Assembly (NCBI RefSeq): GCF_054482525.1
Contig: NZ_CM137006.1
Length of the DNA: 64,000 nt
Direction: 5' to 3' (one strand)
The notes under the pieces are model-generated. The model made no database searches, had not been told where the DNA came from, and was given only the letters and a program-made list of their open reading frames with translations. Within the stretch, counting starts at the first letter, position 1. Each line of letters starts with the position of its first letter. Made by a program: the position numbers and the translations under genes. Positions 53,664 through 64,000 of this stretch are shown here, piece after piece.

Positions 53664-54449
53664 TTATATTAATGGCAATTCACTAATAATATCAGCCAGC
53701 AAATTAAACATCTCACTGAATAAATGTTCGCAAAAAGGCGCAATTAACGGCATTAATGCCGCCATTAAAGAGATACCGACAGTCAGAGTTAATGGAAATC
53801 CAATAACAAAAATGGATAATTGCGGGGCCATACGATTAAGTAAACCTAATGCCAGATTCAGGGTCAGCAGCAGAGTAATGAGCGGTAACGCCAGCATCAG
53901 CCCGTTAAGGAAAATCAAACTCCCTGCTTTGGTGAGTGCCAGAAACGCATTGCTGTTCAACGGTTCGCCACCAATTGGCAGGGTGTGAAAGGTATCGACC
54001 AGCAGTGAAATCAACCATAAATGACCGTTAAATGTCAGGAACAGCAATAATGCCAGCATATCCATGATACGCGCTAGAACGGGCATATTGAGATGGCTGG
54101 CCGGATCGACAAACGTCGCAAATGACAGCCCCATTTGCAGACCGATAATTTCGCCAGCGGTTCGTACAGCGGCAAAGGCAAATTGCATGGTAAAACCAAG
54201 CGCAATGCCGATCAGGATCTGCTGCACGGCCAGCCACAGAGCAAAGAACGAAAAAACAGGAACATCGTTGGCAGGTAATGATGGGGCAATAGCGAACGTG
54301 ATCATCATTGCCAGACCCAGTTTTACCCGTTTCGGCACGCTGCGTTCGCTCAGAATTGGCGCGGTAGAAATGAGCGCCAGCACGCGCAGTAACGGCCAGA
54401 AGTACAGACTTAGCCAGGAAAGCCATTGATCGCTTGTCACCTGCATCAT
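53664..54449 (-). CDS. fliR: flagellar export apparatus FliR
   Basis: 261 aa, syntenic with K-12. Confidence 0.95.
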   Translation of the reverse strand: MMQVTSDQWLSWLSLYFWPLLRVLALISTAPILSERSVPKRVKLGLAMMITFAIAPSLPANDVPVFSFFALWLAVQQILIGIALGFTMQFAFAAVRTAGEIIGLQMGLSFATFVDPASHLNMPVLARIMDMLALLLFLTFNGHLWLISLLVDTFHTLPIGGEPLNSNAFLALTKAGSLIFLNGLMLALPLITLLLTLNLALGLLNRMAPQLSIFVIGFPLTLTVGISLMAALMPLIAPFCEHLFSEMFNLLADIISELPLI

Positions 54450-54457
54450 TGTACGGG

Positions 54458-54727
54458 CTACCCGATGATATACGGCAGGTTAGTGAACAAGGTGCGGACG
54501 TAATCCAGCAACAGATTGAGCATCCACGGTCCGGCAATAATAATGGCGATAAATACGGCGATGATTTTCGGAATAAACGACAGCGTCATTTCGTTAATCT
54601 GTGTGGCGGCCTGCAAAATACTGATGATAAGGCCCGTGACCAGCGCCACCAGCAACAGCGGGGCAGCCAGTGCCAGCGCGACTTTCATCGCTTCAGTCCC
54701 CATCATCATGACCGATTCAGGTGTCAT
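54458..54727 (-). CDS. fliQ: flagellar export apparatus FliQ
   Basis: 89 aa. Confidence 0.95.
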   Translation of the reverse strand: MTPESVMMMGTEAMKVALALAAPLLLVALVTGLIISILQAATQINEMTLSFIPKIIAVFIAIIIAGPWMLNLLLDYVRTLFTNLPYIIG

Positions 54728-54736
54728 TTTGCCTCT

Positions 54737-55474
54737 CTAGCTGTAAAAGCTCTGCGCCAGCGAACCGACCAGCAATTGCCAGCCATCCACCAGTACAAAC
54801 AGCATCAGTTTAAAGGGCAGAGCAATAGTGGCTGGGGGAACCATCATCATCCCCAATGCCATCAACACGCTGGCAATCACCAGGTCGATAATCAAAAAAG
54901 GAATGAAAATCGTGAAGCCTATCTGAAATGCGGTTTTCAACTCGCTGGTCACGTAAGCCGGGAGCAAAATGCGCATCGGCACGGCTTCAGGTCCCTGCAA
55001 CGGGCCAGTATTTGCCAGTCTGGCAAACAACCCTAAATCCGCCTCACGGGTCTGACGCAGCATAAACTCACGCAGCGGCTGCGCCCCTTTTTCCAGCGCC
55101 TCCTGCATTGATATTTTCTCTTCGCTGAATGGCTGGTACGCATCGACATAAATTTTGTCGATCACCGGTGACATAATAAAAAAGGTCAAAAACAGTGCCA
55201 GCCCCAGCAATACCTGGTTAGGTGGCGCGGAGGGCGTTCCCAGCGCGTTACGCAATAAACCAAAAACAATGATGATGCGGGTGAAACTGGTCATCATCAG
55301 TAAAATTGCCGGAATAAACGTCAACGAGGTGATGAATACCAGCGTCTGCACCGGGAGCGACCAGCTTTGTCCACCGCCAGGCAGCGGCTGGCTGGTGATA
55401 CCCGGCAGTTGCGCGAAGGCGAGGGGCGTAATCAGCCAGAGAAGGACAGGTGCGACAGACAACAAACGACGCAT
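54737..55474 (-). CDS. fliP: flagellar export apparatus FliP
   Basis: 245 aa. Confidence 0.95.
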   Translation of the reverse strand: MRRLLSVAPVLLWLITPLAFAQLPGITSQPLPGGGQSWSLPVQTLVFITSLTFIPAILLMMTSFTRIIIVFGLLRNALGTPSAPPNQVLLGLALFLTFFIMSPVIDKIYVDAYQPFSEEKISMQEALEKGAQPLREFMLRQTREADLGLFARLANTGPLQGPEAVPMRILLPAYVTSELKTAFQIGFTIFIPFLIIDLVIASVLMALGMMMVPPATIALPFKLMLFVLVDGWQLLVGSLAQSFYS

Positions 55475-55839
55475 CAGGATCTCCCGCTACGCTTAAGCAA
55501 GTTTTTCATGACCGACTGAAAATCGGTCTGCGGTATCTCTTCCGTTGGTGCTGAAGGGGGAAGTTTATGCAGCAGATTGATTTGCCCAGCGGTAACGCCG
55601 AGCACCAGCCGTGCATCTTCCACATCGACCACCACGACCCGTTCACGCGCGCCCAGCGAAGCACTGGCGCTAATTTTCAGACCGTTAACGCCAGTGCGTT
55701 TCTGGGCAAATCCCAGCCGTTTTACCAGCCAGGCAGCAGCGAGGATCAGGGCAATAATGGCGATGAGTGCGCCGCTCACCTGCAGCAGTGGCGCAGCAGA
55801 AACCGGCGCGGAAGATTGCACAGTAGCGTGGTTATTCAT
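55474..55839 (-). CDS. fliO: flagellar protein FliO
   Basis: The ATG at 55839 gives 121 aa. The track start at 55842 is a GTG one codon upstream. Confidence 0.9.
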   Translation of the reverse strand: MNNHATVQSSAPVSAAPLLQVSGALIAIIALILAAAWLVKRLGFAQKRTGVNGLKISASASLGARERVVVVDVEDARLVLGVTAGQINLLHKLPPSAPTEEIPQTDFQSVMKNLLKRSGRS

Positions 55840-55841
55840 CA

Positions 55842-56255
55842 CTAACGGCTCAGGCGGCGCATCCGCTCAGACGGAGTAATGATATCGGTGATCCGCACGC
55901 CATATTTATCAGCGACTACGACAACTTCGCCCTGAGCAATTAAATAACCGTTGATCAGAATATCCAGCGGTTCGCCCGCCAGACCGTCCAGCGCCACGAC
56001 TGATCCTTGCGTCAGACGCAATAACTCTTTGATGGTCATTCGTGTGCGGCCCAGCTCGACGGTCAGCTTGACCGGAATATCCATAATCAGGTCGATATCC
56101 TGTAACGTTCCGCTGACATCACCACCGCCAAATTGCTGGAACACCGCGTCGGCAGCGCTTTTGCTGCTGGTTGATTTTTGTTCGCTCAACGCTTCAGCCC
56201 ACAGATCGTCCATTGCGCCGTTGTTGTCATCGGCCGGATTATTCATGTCACTCAT
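55842..56255 (-). CDS. fliN: flagellar C-ring protein FliN
   Basis: 137 aa. Confidence 0.95.
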   Translation of the reverse strand: MSDMNNPADDNNGAMDDLWAEALSEQKSTSSKSAADAVFQQFGGGDVSGTLQDIDLIMDIPVKLTVELGRTRMTIKELLRLTQGSVVALDGLAGEPLDILINGYLIAQGEVVVVADKYGVRITDIITPSERMRRLSR

Positions 56256-57256
56256 TTGGGCTGTTCCTCGTTCAGAGAATTTAAAATCGGGTTAATCAAA
56301 TGTTCTATCCGTAACGCATATTGACCGTTGAGTGTGCCGTACTGACTGGTCAGCACCGGGACGCCGTCAACATGGGCGATGATGCGGTCGGGTTTTTCTA
56401 TCGGCAGGACGTCGCCGGGTTTCAGTTTTAAAATCTGCGACAGGCGTAGCGAGATATCGGCAAAGTTGGCGACCAGCTCCAGCTGTGAATGCTGCACCTG
56501 GCGCACCAGGTTATCGCGCCAGTTCTGATCTTCATTACGCGAGTTTTCCAGCGGCGGGTTAACCAACAATTCCCGTAGCGGCTCGATCATGCTGAATGGC
56601 AGGCAGATATTAAATTCGCCGGTCAGGTTGCCAATCTCCACATGGAACGGCGTGTTAACCACGATGTCGTTCGGCGAGGTGGTGATATTGGTAAATTTCA
56701 CCTGCATTTCCGAACGTACGTACTCAACTTCCAGCGGATTAATCGCCTTCCAGGCATCGCTATAGCCTTCAAGCGCCAGCTTTAACATGCGGTTGATGAC
56801 GCGCTGTTCGGTATGGGTAAACTCGCGACCTTCCACTTTAGTCGGGAAGCGTCCATCGCCGCCAAACAGGTTATCCACGGCGATAAACACCAGACTCGGT
56901 GAGAACACCACCAGCCCTGTGCCGCGCAGCGGTTTCAGATGGATAAGGTTCAGGTTGGTCGGCACCGGCAGGTTGCGGGCAAATTCATGGTACGGCTGAA
57001 TGCGGATGGCCCCGACGGTTATATCCGGGCTACGGCGCAGCAGGTTGAACAGCCCCATACGAAAATGGCGAGCAAAGCGCTCATTAATGATTTCCAGCGC
57101 CTGCAAACGTTCGCGCACAACCCGTCGTTGGGTATTCGGATCGTACGGACGAATGTCACTTTCGCCGCTTACACTGGCTGTCGGTTCGTCTTTGACTTCG
57201 CTGTCACCATTCAACAGCGCATCAATTTCAGCTTGAGAAAGAATACTATCGCCCAT
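56252..57256 (-). CDS. fliM: flagellar C-ring protein FliM
   Basis: MGDSILSQAEIDALLNG starts at 57256, giving 334 aa. Confidence 0.95.
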   Translation of the reverse strand: MGDSILSQAEIDALLNGDSEVKDEPTASVSGESDIRPYDPNTQRRVVRERLQALEIINERFARHFRMGLFNLLRRSPDITVGAIRIQPYHEFARNLPVPTNLNLIHLKPLRGTGLVVFSPSLVFIAVDNLFGGDGRFPTKVEGREFTHTEQRVINRMLKLALEGYSDAWKAINPLEVEYVRSEMQVKFTNITTSPNDIVVNTPFHVEIGNLTGEFNICLPFSMIEPLRELLVNPPLENSRNEDQNWRDNLVRQVQHSQLELVANFADISLRLSQILKLKPGDVLPIEKPDRIIAHVDGVPVLTSQYGTLNGQYALRIEHLINPILNSLNEEQPK

Positions 57257-57260
57257 GTCG

Positions 57261-57725
57261 TTATCGCAGAATAAAAGCGGTATACAGCACGTCGGTGACA
57301 TCCTGTTTCGGTTGCCCGGCAACAAGCGGGGTGGAAAGTGTGGTTTTAATCTCGGCAATCAGTTTTTTCTTGCCTTCTTCTGTCGCCAGTACGGCAGCAT
57401 CCTGACGCGAAAACAGTAACAGCAAACGGCTACGGACTTCCGGCAAATACTCACTCAGCCGCGAGCGGGTAGCTTCATCTTTCAGTCGCAGGGTTATGCC
57501 GATATAAAGCACGCGATCCGCATCGCCCAGATTGACCGTAAAGGTATCCAGCGCATAGAAGACCGGGGAGGGCACGACGCGTTGCTGTGCTTTGTCTTCA
57601 GCGGCAACCTGATGCGAATGCCAGTAGCTGTAACCTGCGCTGGCACAGGCCGCGAGGGTAATGAATACCAGAATCGGGATCCAAAGCGATCGCTTGCTTT
57701 TCTTGCTTATCGCGTAATCAGTCAT
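57261..57725 (-). CDS. fliL: flagellar basal-body-associated protein FliL
   Basis: 154 aa. Confidence 0.95.
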   Translation of the reverse strand: MTDYAISKKSKRSLWIPILVFITLAACASAGYSYWHSHQVAAEDKAQQRVVPSPVFYALDTFTVNLGDADRVLYIGITLRLKDEATRSRLSEYLPEVRSRLLLLFSRQDAAVLATEEGKKKLIAEIKTTLSTPLVAGQPKQDVTDVLYTAFILR

Positions 57726-57754
57726 GTGTTGCGGTCTTCCTGTGTCGCTACTGC

Positions 57755-57781
57755 TTATCGGCTAATTATCCTGCGTCTTGA
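57755..57781 (-). promoter_or_regulatory. sigma-28 (FliA)-type promoter upstream of fliL: TCAAGACG-N11-GCCGATAA
   Basis: Read on the minus strand. Matches the TAAAGTTT-N11-GCCGATAA consensus. Confidence 0.7.
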
Positions 57782-57829
57782 GCGCAACAAAGCGGGGAAA
57801 AGACGCGGATTACGGTGCTACCTCTGACG

Positions 57830-58957
57830 TTAGGCGAAAATATCAACGCCGCTGTTGCCTGTTACACGCCCTTGTAAAGAGACGGGAACCGGAAGCGTAT
57901 CGTCGTCTTCCCCCGCCAGAGGTTCATGGTTTGCTGTGCGTTGGCTTTGCTGTTGCTGGGAAGCGGCCTGCTGCTGACCACTAAAGCTTTCGCCACTAAT
58001 GTTGCTTTGCCCTAACTGAATGCCACTTTCGGCCAGCTGCGTACGCAGTACCGGAAGCGCTGCTTCCAGGGCGGCGCGTACGTGCTGATGCGGTGAAACC
58101 ATCTGGATTTGCGCCTGGTTATCATCCACTTTGAGGGAGATTTGCACTTCACCTAAATCCTGCGGGTGCAGACGCAACTCTGCACTTTGTTGCCCCTGGC
58201 GGGTTAACAGCGAAATATGCTGGCTTAATGATTGTTGCCATTCGTGAGAACCCAGCGGTGCACTCAAAACAGGCGCGGCGACGGTGGGCAGTGGCTGTGT
58301 CTGGTGTGGAGTGATTAGCGGGCTGGCGGCAGCGGTCACCGACGAAGGCGTGCTGATGACTTCCGCTTTACTCTGGGCTTCTGCTACCAGCGGTGTTAAT
58401 GGCTGAGCTGGTGTGCCGGGGGCGTCATCAGGCTGTGCTGTTGTGAGTTGCTCAGAAGTCAGTTTTGTGAAGAGCGTTGGTTTCTCTGTCGGTAATACGG
58501 TTGACGGTGCATCAGTCACTTTGGGCGTATTGTCAAAACCCGGCAACATCGCAAAAAGGGCACTCAGGCTGGCGGTGACGTCTTCATTCAGATCATCCGC
58601 TTTTTCGTCTTTTGCCGTATTGTTGTCAGCCGCCGCAGCCAACGTTATCGTCTGAGCGGTGGTTAACGGTGTTGATGTGGATTGTTCGTCGTTGATGACA
58701 GGCAGTGTTTCATCCACGGGGATCAGTAAATCCGCTTGGTGCGCGTCGGAAACAATATCGCTGACCAGCGGCTCGCCTTTTGTCGTGGGCTTATCTGTTG
58801 CCACCAGCAGCTGGGGGGCCGCTTTGTCGGTAGTTGCCTCGCCTGCTAATGCTTCGCTTAACAACGCGAGAAAATCTTGTGCAGCATCGCTGGCTTTGCC
58901 GCCAGGCAATGTGGTGGTGTCAACGTCGGCGGTAATCAAGGGCGCTAAGCGAATCAT
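57830..58957 (-). CDS. fliK: flagellar hook-length control protein FliK
   Basis: 375 aa. Confidence 0.95.
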   Translation of the reverse strand: MIRLAPLITADVDTTTLPGGKASDAAQDFLALLSEALAGEATTDKAAPQLLVATDKPTTKGEPLVSDIVSDAHQADLLIPVDETLPVINDEQSTSTPLTTAQTITLAAAADNNTAKDEKADDLNEDVTASLSALFAMLPGFDNTPKVTDAPSTVLPTEKPTLFTKLTSEQLTTAQPDDAPGTPAQPLTPLVAEAQSKAEVISTPSSVTAAASPLITPHQTQPLPTVAAPVLSAPLGSHEWQQSLSQHISLLTRQGQQSAELRLHPQDLGEVQISLKVDDNQAQIQMVSPHQHVRAALEAALPVLRTQLAESGIQLGQSNISGESFSGQQQAASQQQQSQRTANHEPLAGEDDDTLPVPVSLQGRVTGNSGVDIFA

Positions 58958-59397
58958 TCAGGTTTCCTCATGGCGGCGCGCTGGGCGAACTCATCCATCT
59001 TTTTCTGATCGAGGCGGTTTTCTGCAAGCAGTGCCGCCGTGGATTGCCGTTCCTGCAGTGTCTGCCAGGCCTGCAAACGTTGTTTCTTTTCTCGCCAGCT
59101 GTTCAGGGCAATGTCAACTTTCTGCGTCCACTGATTAAGTTGCTGGCGATGCTGAGTAATGGCTTTTTCCAGCGTCTGGATAAACTGCTGATAGTTGATC
59201 CAGCGGTTGCTGGTCATCCCGGCACTCATATCGCTATTGAGGTTATTGCGATATTCATTCTGATAATCGATCAGCATTTTGAGCTGTTCTTCCGCCTGCT
59301 GACATCCGCGACGCATTTCACCCAGCAGGCGCGCGGCATCCTCTACCTCTTTTTCTGCCAGATCTTTCAGGGTCGCCAGCGCACCATGTTCTGCCAT
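58954..59397 (-). CDS. fliJ: flagellar export chaperone/stalk FliJ
   Basis: 147 aa. Confidence 0.95.
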   Translation of the reverse strand: MAEHGALATLKDLAEKEVEDAARLLGEMRRGCQQAEEQLKMLIDYQNEYRNNLNSDMSAGMTSNRWINYQQFIQTLEKAITQHRQQLNQWTQKVDIALNSWREKKQRLQAWQTLQERQSTAALLAENRLDQKKMDEFAQRAAMRKPE

Positions 59398-59415
59398 CTG
59401 CCGTTATCTCCTGGG

Positions 59416-60788
59416 TTATGACACTGTCGGGAAAATACGCTCCAGCCCCTGGAGAGACGCTTCCCAGTCCGCGCGTTCAAAAATGCCTTGTTGCAAATAG
59501 CCCTCCAGCTGCGGCCACAGGGCGATGGCTTTGTCGAGCATCGGATCGCTGCCTTTGGCATACGCGCCGACGCTAACCAGATCGCGGTTACGCTGAAAAC
59601 TCGACAACAGCTGTTTGAAGGTGCGCACTCGCGCGTAATGTTGCTCACTGATCAACGCCGTCATTGCGCGGCTGATCGACGCTTCAATATCGATAGCCGG
59701 ATAGTGCCCGGCTTCCGCCAGTCGGCGAGACAGCACAATGTGACCGTCGAGGATGGCCCGCGCGGAGTCGGCAATGGGGTCCTGCTGGTCATCGCCCTCG
59801 GTGAGCACGGTATAAAACGCGGTAATCGAGCCGCCGCCGCTAATGCCATTTCCGGCACGCTCGACCAGTGCCGGTAATTTGGCAAACACCGACGGGGGAT
59901 AACCTTTGGTGGCGGGTGGTTCGCCAATCGCCAGCGCAATTTCACGCTGGGCCATCGCGTAGCGGGTGAGGGAGTCCATAATCAGCAACACATGCTGACC
60001 ACGATCGCGAAAATCTTCGGCAATGCGCGTGGCATAGGCGGCACCCTGCATTCGCAGGAGCGGAGAAACATCCGCCGGAGCGGCAATCACCACGGAGCGT
60101 GCACGTCCTTCGGCACCGAGGATATTCTCAATAAAATCTTTTACTTCGCGCCCACGTTCACCAATCAAACCCACGACAATGACATCGGCGCGGGTGTAAC
60201 GTGCCATCATCCCCAGCAGCACACTTTTACCAACGCCGGACCCGGCAAACAGCCCCATACGCTGCCCACGCCCAACGGTAAGCAGGGCATTGATTGGGCG
60301 CACGCCGGTGTCCAGCACATGTTCAATCGGTGTACGTTGCAACGGGTTAAATGGCGGGGTAATCAGCGCACCGGTTTCCGTCGTATCGGGGGAGGGGAGG
60401 CCATCGAGCGGTTTACCGCTGCCGTCCAGAACGCGACCTAATAACGCCGGACCGAGCGGCAACTGCTTGCCGCTTTGCAGCCCTTCAGCCGAAATGTTTT
60501 TGGCATAAACACGCGCGCCGGGCAGGACACCTTCCACTTCCTCCAGCGGCATTAAAAACAGCCGTTGACCGTTAAAGCCAACGACTTCGCTTTCTACTTC
60601 GTGCGTTTCGCTGCCGTTCTGGCGTTCAATGACACAGGTTGCGCCGAGCGGCAATTGTAATCCGGTGGCTTCCAGCACCAGCCCGGTAGCGCGGGTTAAT
60701 CGCCCGTAGCGACGTACCGCAGGCAACTGCGCCATTTTGGCTTCAAAGTTATCCAGCGTGGTTAGCCAGCGAGTCAGACGCGTGGTCA

Positions 60789-60789
<1 letters not shown>
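59416..60789 (-). CDS. fliI: flagellum-specific ATPase FliI
   Basis: 457 aa with Walker A GSGVGKS. Confidence 0.95.

Positions 60790-64000
<3,211 letters not shown>

Overview
The sequence is an Escherichia coli-type chromosome segment in two parts.

(A) Positions 1-33,291 are the right ~33 kb of a lambdoid prophage. Its integrase and immunity end lies left of the window. In order it contains:
- Rac-like early genes, with an iteron-type origin inside the replication gene.
- A moron cluster: a QueH/DUF208 gene, a hok/mok/sok type I toxin-antitoxin, and a lipoprotein.
- DUF968, RusA and antiterminator Q, with a pR'-like promoter and a tR'-like terminator.
- An array of 4 tRNAs, one of them noncanonical.
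- A phage-21-type lysis cassette: pinholin, DUF1327, SAR endolysin, Rz/Rz1.
- An AT-rich convergent two-gene moron: an 88-aa ORF and a YfbU-family protein.
- HNH endonuclease, P27-type small terminase and large terminase.
- HK97-type portal, protease and capsid.
- A lambda-type tail: G/GT frameshift, tape measure, M, L, K, I, J, Lom and an Stf-like fibre.
- An AT-rich host-range cassette.

The prophage ends at a 62-nt 3' fragment of tRNA-Ser(CGA) serU, which is attR.

(B) Positions 33,292-64,000 are core genome in K-12 gene order, inverted: zinT, an IS1397-like IS3-family element inserted in a REP, msrQP, hiuH, hprRS, hchA, an intact yedS porin, rseX, yedR, yedJ, dcm-vsr, yedA, yedI, yodC, dgcQ, yedP, dsrA, yodD, dsrB, rcsA, fliRQPONML and fliKJIHGF. 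fliF is cut by the window end.

I saw no CRISPR array, rRNA, retron or reverse transcriptase. No unambiguous new multi-gene system is demonstrable by eye.

The best follow-up candidates are:
- the noncanonical tRNA (6600-6676);
- the YfbU-like/88-aa moron (8756-9860);
- the prophage QueH (2030-2716);
- the ORF-free inverted-repeat cargo slot between the tRNAs and the holin (6833-7123);
- the terminator-bracketed lipoprotein moron (3178-3870).

All family assignments come from reading the translated ORFs and from memory of reference sequences. No searches or computations were run.
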